From contig QPMI01000560.1 in NCBI GenBank assembly GCA_004431415.1, positions 248,001 through 312,000 of the forward strand: a DNA stretch of 64,000 nt, in the 5' to 3' direction. The number at the start of each line of letters is the position of its first letter. Positions within the stretch are counted from its first letter, which is position 1. Position numbers and translations under genes: made by a program. Origin of the DNA: Cyanophora paradoxa CCMP329. Its lineage: Eukaryota > Plantae > Glaucophyta. Under the pieces are notes generated by a model that had not been told where the DNA came from, searched no databases, and saw only the letters and a list, made by a program, of their open reading frames with translations. Positions 48,579 to 60,453 of this stretch are shown here, one piece after another.

Positions 48579-49391
48579 GCGAGCGAGCGCTCGGACCGCC
48601 CGGCGCCCACTCATGCCGCCCCCAGCGCCCCCCGGCGCTCGAGGCGGCCGCCCGGCAGACGAACCACCCTTCGACCCGCCGCAGCTGGCGCCGCGCGCGC
48701 CCCGCCTGCTCACGGGGCCGAGGGCCTTCAACCGGGCACGGGTCTCGGCGCTCATCACGAGCCTTGGAGGCTCGCGATCGAGGCACTGCGGCACCCGCGG
48801 CCGCTCGCGCAGCCGACGCTTTCGCTTATTTCAGGAGTAGATGAATTCATCTCGGCGAGATTTAATTACACGAAAGAAACTTTGAAAGGCTGAGAAAAGG
48901 AATCGAAACATCATGTGTCTGCTGCTGTCATACTCATGATTATCATGAGTGACACTGTGACATGCCATGATGGCCATGGGTCGGTATTGCTCAGCGGCTG
49001 TTAACGTTAGAAATACGTATACTGAAACTGCGATTGACTAGATCGAAAGTCTTGGAGGTGCACTAGTACTGCTTTGAAACGTTCATATAATACCATTAAG
49101 ATATACTTAAGAAACTTCGGGCTTTCAGTCCACCCTACGGTATCGATTGTCTGAATTCGAATTTGAATCGGATGACCTGCCTAAGACTGTCGACGCTACG
49201 ATCGGTTGATCCTGCGTAGCCTAGTTTACGTAGGGCACTACGTATACTCTCTCTATTACTCTGACGTGTCTAGATCTAGATCTACACTGCTTGAAATGCA
49301 ACTATCGCTACGGTTCGAGTACGAGGGACGGCGCGGAGCCAAGTGCGGGCCCCGGTCGCGGGCCCGGCGGCCGGGGCGAGCCGCGGCTGCT

Positions 49392-50928
49392 CTAGGTCTC
49401 GAGGAGGGTGTGGCGGCCGGAGGGCCAGGTCTGGTCGAGGACGGGGGCGCAGGCGGCGCGGACGGCGGAGACGAGGCCCGGGTCGGCCGGCCCGCGGAGC
49501 ATCTGGGCGACGGCGTTCTCGACCTGCGCGGCGCTGGCGAGGCCGACGAAGGTCGAGGCGACGCGCTCGTCGAGGTGCAGCGAGTACTGCAGCGCCACGT
49601 CCGCGATGTCCGCGCCCCGCGCCCTGCACAGCGCCGCCCCCCGCCGCGCCGCCTCGCGCGCCGCCTTGCTCGCCGGGTGCCAGTCGGGGGGCCCCGCCTC
49701 GGTGAGGAGGCCCATGGCGAGGGGCGAGGCGTTGAAGACGCCGAGGCCCCGCCCGACGAGGTACGGCATCTTGCCCGCCAGCGTCGTGTCCAGCAGCGTG
49801 TAGTGGCAGTAGGAGAGGACGACGTCGACCACGTCCGCCGCCCCGCCCTGCTCCAGGATCTCCTGCGCGCGCGCCTCCCCGTCAGAAAAGCGGTCCCAGG
49901 TCGAGATCTCGATGCGGGCGCGCCTCGTAGATCTCGAGGGGCAGGCCGGTGATGCCGACGTGGCGGACGATGCCGCGCTCCTTGAGCTTGCGGAGCGCCG
50001 GGAGCGTCTCCCGCACGATGTACTCCGCGCTCGGCGCGAACTCCACGTCGTGGCAGTGCAGCACGTCGATGTAGTCCGTCCTCAGCCGCTGCGCGCCCGC
50101 CCCGCGCGAGGCGCGTCGGCAAGAGAACGCAAGCCCGGCGGCTCGAGCTCGAGCTCGAGCTTGAGCGGGGCGGACCTGGAGGGACTCGCGGACGGACTCG
50201 GTGATGCGCTTCGCGCTGAAGTCGAAGTCGGTCGCCCCGTAGCGCCCGCACTTCGTCGCGAGGACGTAGTCGCCGCGGGGCACGCGCGCCTCCTCCAGCG
50301 CCTCCCCCAGCAGCGCCTCCGACTTGGTCAGGCCGTCTGCCCCGAGCGCGCCCGCTTCAGCGCGCGCGCCCGCACGATCCGCGCGCCACGCTAGGGGCGG
50401 AGGCGGTCTAGATCGCTGGCGGGTCCTCAAGCGTGCGGTTGCGTAATCGCCAAGTTATGCGCACGAGCTCGAGCTCGGGGGGAAAGATCACTCACAGAAG
50501 GGGCTAGTGTCAAACACGTTGATGCCGAGCTTCAGGGCGGTGTGCACGGCCGCAATGCCATCCTGCGCGTGCGCGGGGGGTTCGTGTGAGTGATGATGTT
50601 TCGCAAAATAATGCGCGTTAGGGTTCAATAGCGCTCGCTAGAATCTGCAAATTGAGGCGTTGCGCAGCTTCGCGCGGCCGCGTGCCGCGTGCGCGGCGGG
50701 CGGATCGAACCGGCACCGGATCGCCTATGGCAACCGCGCCGCGCCGCGCAACGCGTCCCAGCGCAACGCACGGGAAAGACTATAGCTAGCACGAGCACTG
50801 GCGCTAGGCGCTATGCGTGCTCAGCCGACCTGGCGCGTTATAGGCGCGAAGACGCCGCCGAGTGGAGAAGCACCGAACCCCACGGGCGACACCAGAAGGC
50901 CCGTTGTGCCGAGCTGACGGCGCTCCAT
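49392..50928 (-). CDS. L-galactose dehydrogenase-like aldo-keto reductase, multi-exon
   Basis: MERRQLGTTGLLVSPVGFGASPLGGVF, GINVFDTSPF|YG, ATKCGRY, LHCHDVEF, VGITGLPL, VLSYCHY and NASPLAMGLLTEAGPPDWHPA. Confidence 0.88.
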
Positions 50929-51077
50929 CGCTACAGTGCTGCAGCTGCTGGCAGACGAGACGGCTGTACCCTAGCTCAAGCCCAAGCCCAAGCCGCCTCC
51001 GGCTTGTCTGCGTCAGCATTCAAGTTCGCAGGCCTTCGACGGAGCGCGCAGGCGCGTAGGCGGTGTAGCTAGCGAAG
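50929..51077. promoter_or_regulatory. Compact bidirectional promoter between L-GalDH and DPAGT1
   Basis: 149 nt between the divergent ATGs; contains aagcccaagcccaagcc (AGCCCA, site-II-like). Confidence 0.5.
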
Positions 51078-52717
51078 ATGGGGCGACTGACCCCGGCCTT
51101 CGTCTTCCTGCTGGCTATCCCGCTGTCGGCCCTCGGGCTGCTCGTGCCGCGCGTCGAGAGCCAGCAGACGCAGCGCCAGATTCTGTACTGCTTCGTAGTC
51201 TCGATCCTTGCGTTCTTCGGGACGCTCCGGCTCATCCCAGTCATCGCCGTCTACACCAAGAAGGCGGGCCTGGCGGGCCGGGACATCAACAAGGCGGCTC
51301 CGAAGAAGAGCGACGACGCCGCGTCGAGCGATGGACCCGCCGAGGACGCGAGGATGTGCGCGCCTCGCAAGCGCGAGGCTCGCTCCGGCCCGCGCGAGCT
51401 GACGCGCGGGCGTCCAGACCCGAGAGCCTCGGCCTCGTGTGCGCGACGGTCTACATCGTCGCCACGATCGTGCTGCAGCTCTTCATGGTCATCCCCGAGA
51501 GCGCGGTCCGCACCGCGTCGCCCCGCCGCCCCGCCCCGCGCGCCCCGAGCGCCCCGCGCCGAGCCCGCGCGGCGCAGCTGGACGAGTACAACGCGGGGCT
51601 GACGTCGGTGCTGCTGATGACGCTGCTGGGGTTCGCGGACGACGTGCTGGACCTGCCGTGGCGCTACAAGATCATCCTCCCCGCCTTCGCGACGCTGCCG
51701 CTGCTGGTCACGTACTCGGGGTCGACGACGGTGCTGGTGCCGAGGCCGCTGCACCCGTTCCTGGGCGCGTCGCTCGCGCTGGGCGTGCTCTACAAGGTCT
51801 ACATGGGCTTCCTCGCCATCTTCTGCAACCAGTCCATCAACATCTACGCCGGCATCAACGGCCCGCCGCCCCGCGCTCCCGCCCCCGCCCCGCCCCCCCC
51901 GCCCCCGCCCCGGCGCTGACGGGCGGCGGCAGGCCTGGAGGCGGGCCAGTCGTACATCATCGGCTGCGCCGTCCTCATCCACAACCTCCTCAACCTCGAC
52001 TCCGAGTTCTTCTTCCAGGTACCCCCCGCCCCCCGCCCGGCCCCGTGCCCCCTCCTGACCTTGTGCCCCCGCAGCACCTCTTCTCGATCTTCCTAATCCT
52101 GCCGTTCATCGCGGTGACGCTGGGGCTGCTCTACTACAACTGGTACCCCTCGGCGGTCTTCGTGGGGGACACCTTCTGCTACTTCGCCGGCATCGCCCTC
52201 GCCGTCGTCGGCATCCTCGCCCACTTCTCCGAGGCCCGCCCCCTTCGGCCCCTCGTCCCTCCCGCCCGCCCGGCGCGGCCCCGGCCTCGCTCACAGAGAT
52301 CCCCCGCGCAGCTCCTCGCCTTCTTCTTCCTCCCCCAGGTTTGCGGGGCGGTGGGAGGAGCGGCTCGCCCCGCGCCCCGCCTGACGCCCCGCCCCACAGA
52401 TCCTCAACTTCCTCTACTCCCTGCCCCAGCTCTTCAAGCTCGTCCCCTGCCCCCGCCACAGGGTCCCCAAGTGCGGCCCGCGACCCCCTTTCCCCCGCCC
52501 CGCCCTCCCCGACGCGCCGGGGGGCGCCGGCAGGCTGAACCCGACGACGGGGAAGCTGGAGAGCAGCAAGAACTACACGCTGCTGAACGCGTTCCTGGGG
52601 ACCTTCGGGCCGATGACGGAGCGCAACCTCTGCGTCGCGCTGCTCGTCTTCCAGGCGCTCTGCTGCGCCGGCGCCCTCCTCGCCAAGCACTACGTCGTCA
52701 GCGCCCTCTACGCCTAG
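51078..52717 (+). CDS. DPAGT1: UDP-GlcNAc:dolichyl-phosphate GlcNAc-1-phosphate transferase (ALG7), multi-exon
   Basis: [41 protein letters not shown]|[24 protein letters not shown] and PCPRHRVP. Confidence 0.95.
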
Positions 52718-52969
52718 CTAGCCACAGCACAGCAGCCCACAGGATCGCCGCAATTTCAATGCAGGCGCACAGAAGCGCGTGCAACAGCTAGCCGGGGCCG
52801 CTCGCGGGCCCGGCACGCCCCGAGCTCATGCGCAAGCGTTTAAGGAACGCATCAGAGTCGCAATAGCTGCAGTGTGCAAGCTTGCAGTTCGTCTAAGAGG
52901 GGGGGGGGTCGAGCCGGGGCGGGGTACCAGTTCCGGGGCCTTCATCGGCAGGCACAAGCAGTTCGTCCG

Positions 52970-55667
52970 ATGTCTCTGTCCCTCGTTCGTCAGCTCGCCC
53001 CGCGGGCGTCGTCGTCGCTCCGTGCCACGGTGCGCGCTCCCGGCACAGATTACGAATCCACGGCCCGACGCTGCGGGGCGGGGCGTCGTCGTTTCCTCGC
53101 GCAGCTTGTGCCGGCGCGGTGCTACAATGCCCCCTCGGTGAGCCCTCGCGCATCAGAAGCGCCGACGGGCGCCCGATATCATGCGCGCGCCGACTTGCGC
53201 CGGCTGACCTATTTTGTCTTCGCACCCGTTAGAGCCTCAAGGCGAAGCTGAAGGAGATCATTCCGATCAAGGCCGACGAGGTCAAGACGATCAAGACTAA
53301 GTTCGGCGATGAGGTGCTCGACAAGTGCACGATCGAGCAGGTCCGTTCCATTTTGATGACCCCCCATAGTCATATGGCGTGCGCTGGCTCCAGCGCAAGT
53401 GCAGTCGCCCCTCCCGCAGCTGCCTCCGCTGCCGCTTCGCCGTCGCGGTGGCCTTTCGTACCGAGCGCTGGATCGGTGCTTAGAACACATATAGAGAGCC
53501 ACGGGGATGCTTTGAATTGGATTAAAAGAGATCGGACGTGCCCGCGGCCCCGGGCCTTGCCGATTTTGCCTCCTGTCCTTGTCCCTTACTCTTTTTTTCC
53601 TTAGCCTTGGCCTTTACTCCGATTGCTAGCTTCTTCCAACTCTATCTTCTTCTGGTTTTCTTAATCTGCCCAGCCTAGCTCGGCCCATGCCTTGACGCTT
53701 GTCCTCTGCGCAGACCTACGGTGGCGCGCGCTCCGTCAAGGTCCGGCCCTCCCGCTGCGCGCCACTTCTTAGCTATCCTTATGCCTGCGCGCAGTGCATG
53801 ATCTGGGAGACCTCTCTCCTCGACGCCGATGAGGTGCGCCCCGTCCCACGATCACCAGCTGGTGCTCGGGGGGGGCGCCTGACGCCGCTGGGCGCGGCAG
53901 GGCATCCGCTTCCGCGGCAAGACGATCCCGGAGGTGCAGGCGGCGCTCCCGAAGGCGCCGGGCGGCCAGGAGCCGCTGCCGGAGGCGCTCTGGTGGTTCC
54001 TCCTCACGGGCGAGGTCCCCACCAAGGAGCAGACCGCCGAGGCGAGCGAGCGCGCTACCGCCGACCGTCCGCCGCCTCGTCTGAGGCTGCGCGGGGCAGG
54101 TGACGGCGGAGTGGCACGCGCGCTCGAAACTGCCGGCGCACGTGCCGGCGCTGCTTAAGAGCCTGCCGGAGGACATGCACCCGATGACCAAGTTCAGCAT
54201 CGGCATCATGGCCCTCCAGCCCCAGTCCGTCTTCGCCTCCAAGTACCAGGTCCGCCCGTTCCCCCGCCCGTTCCCCCGTTCGCCTTGCCCGCCGGAGCTG
54301 AGCGGCGGGGGCGGGGGCGCAGCACGGGATGAAAAAGGGCGAGTACTGGGACGCCACCTACGAGGACGCCATGACCCTCCTCGGCCAGATCACCGGCGTG
54401 CGCCCACCGCTCGGCCCCCGACCCGCCGGCCAGCGGCGCCCCCAGACCGAGCGCGCTCGGGCGACAGGTTGCGGCGCACATCTACCGGAACCAGTACCAC
54501 GGGGGGAACATCATCCCGGCCGACCCGAAGCTGGACTGGTCCGCCAACTTCGCGCACATGCTCGGCTTCGACAACAAGACCTTCCACGACCTCATGCGCC
54601 TCTACCTCGTCCGCGCCTCTCGCGTACCCCCGCGCGGCCCGCCGCCCACGCGCCCCGGCAGGTCATCCACTCGGACCATGAGGGCGGCAACGTCTCGGCG
54701 CACACCGTCCACCTGTCCGCCCCCCGCCCTGCCCGCGCCCCGCCGCCGCCACCGCCCCCCGCCGGCCGCCGACGCGCCGGCAGGGTCGGCTCGGCCCTCT
54801 CGGACCCGTACCTCTCCGTCTCGGCCGGCATGAAGTGCGCCCGCCCGCCCCGCCTGCGCGCGCACCCGGCGGGGCCCGGCTCACGCGGCGGCGCAGCGGC
54901 CTTGCGGGCCCGCTGCACGGCCTCGCGAACCAGGAGGTCCTCAACCACCTCATCTCCATCCAGCAGCAGCTCGGCGGCGAGGTCCGCCCCGCCGCCCCCG
55001 CCCCCGCCCCCGCGCTCCCCCCGCCTTCGGCCCTTTCTCAGCGGCGAGCTGCGCGCAGGAGCCGACGGCTGAGCGCCTCACGAAGCTCTGCTGGGACCAG
55101 CTCCAGTCGGGCCGCGTGATCCCGGGCTACGGCCACGCCGTGCTGCGCAAGACGGACCCGCGCTACACGTGCCAGCGCGAGTTCGCGCTGAAGCACCTCC
55201 CGAACGACCCGCTCTTCAAGCTCTGCTCGACGATGTACGAGGTCGTCCCGAAGGTCCTCACCGAGCAGGGCAAGGTCAAGAACCCGTGGCCCAACGTCGA
55301 CGCCCACAGTCCGCCCCGCCCGCCCGCCCGCCCGCCGCCCGCCTCCCGCACCGACACGCGCGGGGGCGCGCGCGCGCAGGCGGCGTGCTCCTCGTCCACT
55401 ACGGGCTGACGCACCAGAACTACTACACGGTGCTCTTCGGCGTCTCCCGCGCCATCGGCACCCTCGCCCAGCTCGTCTGGGACCGCGCCCTTGGCATGCC
55501 CCTTGAGCGCCCCAAGTCGGTCCGCCCGCCCCGCCCCCCGCCCCGCCCCGCGCCCGCCCCGAGCGCCCCGAGCTGCCCCGCGCGTGCTGTTGTTGACTTG
55601 GGATGGCGCGCAGGTCACGACGGAGTGGGTCAAGAAGTGGCTGGCCGGCCACGGCAAGCACCTGTGA
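52970..55667 (+). CDS. CS: Mitochondrial citrate synthase, 14 exons
   Basis: Full splice reconstruction: presequence, [54 protein letters not shown] and ERPKS. Confidence 0.97.
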
Positions 55668-56119
55668 GGGGCCCCGCCGGCGCCCCCGCATGCTCCAGCT
55701 TCGTCGGGCCCCGCCACGGGTCAAGCAGCGCGCAGCCCGCGGCCGCCCCGCCCCCGCGATTTTGCAGTTTCGCAGTTGCATGCCATTGATGATCGATGAT
55801 TTCAAGCACCCAGACGCAGGTAGTAGGCCCCGTGTACCACTTCGTGTTCAAATTAAGTAATTCTGGTACATGGCCCTGAGGCTGCCGGCTGGGTTCGGGA
55901 CGCAGGCGCTGCGTTGCAGAGAGCGGGGCGGGGCCGGGATGTACACGCGCGAGTGCGGGGCCAGCAGGTTCGCCGGCCACGGGCGAAGCGGCGCGCGGGC
56001 CATGTCCCCTCGCGATCGAGCCGGCAACCCGACATCGATATCGCCAGCGCCTCTCCGGCATCAGTGCAGCGTGCGGCGGATGGAGAAGGGGATGGGGGGC
56101 CGGGGGGCGGGAGGGGCGG

Positions 56120-58025
56120 TCAGAGGTCGGCCGTGTCGCGTGCGGCGAGGTGCGCCATGTATCTGTCCCCGGCGCCCCCAGCGTCGGCAGCCGTCAAGCA
56201 AGCGGGGCCAGAGCACGCTCGACTGGAGCGCGGGCGGGCACCGGTCGAAGACGAGCGGGCTCTGCGTGTAGTTCAGCGCCTGCTTCACGAACTGCGGCGC
56301 GGCGGCGATCAGCGCGGCAGGGGCGCGGGGGAGGAAGGGGCGGGGCGGGGCGGGGCGGACGCGGCCGTCGGCGACGTAGAGGATGCGGTCCGCGTAGCAC
56401 TCCACGTCCGGGTTGTGCGTCACCTGCGGCCGGCGCCTCAGGCGGGCTGCAAGCCGGCGGGGATGTCGATGGGCCCGCCGGCGGGGGCGGGCGCGCCATG
56501 ACGCAGGTGGTCTTGCGGGTCTGGTTGATGCGGAGCAGGAGGTCCATGATGTCGATCGTGTTCCTCGTGTCTGCCCCCGCTAAGCAGGGGGGCGGGAGGG
56601 GAAGGCGGGGCGGGGCGGGGCACCGAGGTCGCCCGTGGGCTCGTCGAGGAGGAGGATCTCGGGCTCGTTCGCCAGCGCCCGCGCGATCGTCCTGCGCCGC
56701 CAGCGCGAGGCCAGGGCCTCAGAGGCCCGCGGAGGGGAGAGGTGGAAGGGGGCGCGGTTCGCTCACACGCGCTGCTGCTCCCCCCCGGAAAGCTCCGACG
56801 GCTGCCACAGGCCGGCGGTCGGTCGCGGCCGGTGCGGGAGGGGCGGGGCGGGGCGGGGCGGGGCGCACGAGGTGGTCCATGCGGTCCTGCAGGCCGACGA
56901 CTGCGAGGGAGGGCGGGGGGGCGCGGCGTGAGCGGCCCCTCGAGCGCCGCACGCTCCAGGGGCGCACGGGTGAGGAGCTCCTTGGCGCGCGCCCGCATCT
57001 CCTTCGCCGGCAGCTGCGCCCCCGCCGCGGCGTGAGCGAGCGGCTCCCCTGGGCGGGCGGGGAGGCGCGAGGCGGGGCGCCTTGTTGAGGATGGTCATGG
57101 GGAGGGCGACGTTCTCGTAGGCGGACATCGTCGCCAGCAGGTTGAACGTCTGGAACACGAAGCCTGCCGCCGCCGCCGCCGCCGCTCAGAGGAGCGAAGG
57201 GCGGGGCCGGGGGCGCGGGGGCCGGGGGCGGGCCGATCTTCTCGAGGCGGAGGTTGGCGAGGAAGCTGTCCCGCGAGTTCGAGTCGATCACGTGCCCCAG
57301 CAGCTCTGCGCGAGGAGCGAGGGCGCGTGGGCGGCGGGCCCCGCGGGGCGGGGGCGGGGGCGGGAGCGCCCACCGAGCGTCCCCCCGCTCGGGCGGTCGA
57401 TGGTGCCCAGGAGGTTCAAGAACTGCGTACGCATGCGCGTCCGGCGCGTCGGCCGCCGCCGCGGGGCCCGCGCGGCCCACCGGTAGGCGCGGCGCGCGTA
57501 CCGTCGTCTTGCCCCCGCCGCTCGGGCCGCGGATCATCACGAACTCGCCCCTGCGGCCCCTCAGCTCTCCAGAGCGCGTCAGTCCCGCGCCGCCGCCGCA
57601 CCGCAGGATGGGATAAAATTCGCTGTCCGGCGCCAGCGTCACCTCCTCCAGCGCCTTGACAACTTCTCCGCTATCCGGAATTTTGTACGCTGCGCGGAGC
57701 ACGGATCAAGCGTGCGCCCGGGAGACGAAGGTACAGCCGGCAACGCGCGCGGGCGCATGCGAGCGCCCAGCGCTCACGCGTACCTTTGTAGAGCTTGGTG
57801 CACCTGCGCGCAGGCGCTCAAGCCCGGCGGCGGCAGGGCGGGCAGACAGCGAGCGCACTGGATGACGACCTCTCCGAGTTCCTTCGAAATGGGCGGCTTG
57901 AAGCTGAGGGGGGGCCCGGCGAGAACGTGCTGCGACTCTTGCACCTGCTCTACAGGCGGCGGGCTGTGCGAGGGCGGCCAGCTGCTTGGCTGCAGGTCGA
58001 CGGCGCTCGTCGACACCGCGCTCAT
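56120..58025 (-). CDS. Stand-alone ABC ATPase of the LolD/MacB (MJ0796) type, multi-exon
   Basis: GPSGGGKTT, IG|FVFQTFNL, LSGGEQQRV, ARALANEPEILLLDEPTGDL|D and VTHN; no transmembrane domain. Confidence 0.88.
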
Positions 58026-58413
58026 CGCTGTCACGGCTCGTGGCGGGGGTTCGGGGCCTATCTCGTATATGACGTGGGTTACGTCGTTCCTTTCCGTCGT
58101 TTTTGCAGGCTTCTCGCACAGTGCAAACGCGCGTGCGCTGTCGTGCGCGCCGGGGGGTGCCGCGGAGCGGTTACACGCTGCACGCACTGCTCGTTGCTCG
58201 CCTGCTCGCTGCACCGTTTGGCCTCGGCGCCCTCCTGTTTTGTGTAGCCCCCCGCCGGCGGGGATACAGCTTTTGAAGCGTTCAACCTGACCGAGCCTCC
58301 CCTTCACTCGGGTCAGCTTCTCGCGCCTGAGCTTCTCGTCAATCTTGTGACTTCCTCCAGCGCACACACCCTGACGACCCGGCGCGCTGACAGCACTAGC
58401 TGTAAAAGCAGCA

Positions 58414-60453
58414 ATGAAGTACAGGACCGAATTCCAGCAAAGGAAGGAGGCGAAGAAGCAGGCAAAGCCGCTCACGCCTGCGGAGCGGATAGAGCAGCTT
58501 CGCACCGACGAGCGAGTGCTCGAGAAGGGTGCGCTCGGGATGTGCTTGTTCGCTCTTTAGATCAACGTATAGCACCGCACGTTCCGCTCGAGCCCTCGCC
58601 CCATGAAGAAGTTTGAACGGCGCGCGCTGATCATGACAGGAGACCAGACCAGAATTTTGAGCGCGCGTTCTCCTGGACTCCGGCGCGAGCGCGCGAGAAT
58701 CATGCTCGCTTTAGATCATGAATTCCTTTTTTATCAAAGCCCGCCCTTATCCTAAATTCTTCTAGAGCCTTCGATTCAGAGGACCTGTTCCCGCCCCTTT
58801 CTCCCGCGTCGACCCCCTGCGCACGCAGCGTACGAGTGGTTGGTCGATTGGGCTTCCGAGAACGACCTCAATCTCAGACGCGACCTGACGGCGCTCAAGC
58901 GATTCGGCTTCATGGGTGCGCGCGTCTTCACGGAGCAAAATCACAGCAACCCGGCATTCTCTCGTACCGTCCGAACGCTTCTCAAAGAGTGCGCACGAAA
59001 CGTCGTGGAGTCGCTGTGACGCGACCTCTCACTCTTTCACACTCTTTCGCCCGCGCAGGTTTCTGCAGGAGTACGAGGCGCGCGAGCGCGGCGTGCTGCC
59101 TCCATCGGGATCAGGCAAGCCGCAGTCGGCGCCGTCCATCGGGTCGGCGGCGTCGGAGGAGACGCCGGCGCTGGAGGACGACGAGGAGTCGAGCGCGCCC
59201 TCCTCCCCGCCCTCCAGCACCTCGCCCAAGCCCGAGTACCTCCCCAGCGAGGTGCCGCCGCGCGCCTCCACTCGCCTCCCGCTCCCACCCGTCTGACCGC
59301 GATCGCCCCGCGCATGCGCAGGTGCCCACGAACGGCGTGTTCATCATGCGCGGCAAGGAGAAAGAGACGGAGGCCGAGCGGGAGCGGGAGGGGCGGCAGC
59401 ACAAGGCGGCCCGCAAGGCGGCGCGCAAGGCGGACGTGACGAAGCTTCTCTTCTCCGGAGACGGCCGCTCCTGGCAGGAGACCCGCGAGCTGATGGCGCG
59501 CCCCGCGCCCCGCTCCGCGGCCAACGCGGGCCGCCCCTCACCCCGCCCGCAGGCGCTCGGCGAGTCCGAGGCGGCTGCGCCTCCCGCGGGCGGCTCTGCA
59601 TGGGCCCAGCGTCCCCCCGGCGTCGCCGCGCCGTGCGCCCCGCCCCGCCACGCCCCGCCCCGCGCCCTCCAGCGCCCCGCCGCCCGGCCCCTGACGTGCG
59701 CCGCAGGCCCACCGCCTGGAGTCGCCCGCCGGCCGTCGCCGCCCCGCCGCCTCCGCCGCCTCCGCCGCCTCCGCCGCCGCCGGGGCCGCCGGGGCCTTCG
59801 CGGCGCTGCCGGCGGAGGCGCTCGAGGCGGAGGAGCAGCGGCAGCTGCAGGCCGCCATACAGGCCTCCCTCGCCACCCCGCAGCCGCGGCCCTACCCCCG
59901 GCCCGCCCCCGCCGCCCCCGCCGCCCTGGCACCGGCTCCTACTCCGGCGCGCACGGCCCCCGCGCCGCACCCTCTACACGACTCGGTGCTCCTCGCGCAC
60001 TGGGCTCCAGCCGCACGCCCACAGCCTTCCGCCGCGCCGCCCGAGCCGGCCCCGCGTCCCGCCCCCGCCCCTGTCGACCCCTGGGCCCCGCCTCTTCCTC
60101 AACACCCCCTCGCGGCCCCCCATCAATCTCTTCTCTCCCCCGCGGCGCCGCCTTTTCGGCCCAAACCGATATCCCCGCCCCCCGCCCGAAATCCACCCTC
60201 CGCCGTCCCTCAAAGTCTTCGCGCGGGGCCCGCCGCCCCCCCGCCCTTCTCGCCCTTCACGCAGCACCCCGCGGCGAGCCTCTTCTCGCAGCCGCTCCCC
60301 TGGGCCCCGGCGGCCCCTGCGGCTCAGCCGGCGGCGAAGGCGGCGCCGGCCGCTCTCACAAAGGCGCCGGCCGCTCCCGCGCCGGCGGGGGCCGGGGCGG
60401 AGGAGGACGAGGACGAGCTGGACGCCCTCGTGGCCCTCTGCCTCCAGGGCTAG
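58414..60453 (+). CDS. Uncharacterised UIM-containing protein, paralogue B
   Basis: Exon 1 MKYRTEFQQ...VLEK, intron 58529-58828, then AYEWLVDW...GFMGA...PAFSRTVRTLLKE|FLQEY; UIM-like EEQRQLQAAIQASL at about 59827-59874; ends ELDALVALCLQG*. Confidence 0.7.

Noticed and set aside
50585-50660. GTGATGA C-box-like motif in L-GalDH intron 1
   Set aside because: It is antisense to the host gene and has no D box.
53341-53713. Possible intronic snoRNA in the long citrate synthase intron (TGATGA at 53354)
   Set aside because: No matching CTGA D box or terminal stem was found.
58100-58604. Minus-strand hydrophobic ORF upstream of the ABC gene as a second upstream cistron or permease
   Set aside because: The hydrophobic part is the antisense shadow of the Lys/Glu-rich first exon of the plus-strand gene at 58414.
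58529-58828. Possible snoRNA or element in the 300-nt intron of paralogue B
   Set aside because: Only weak box-like words and one short repeat (ctttagatca); no coherent structure.
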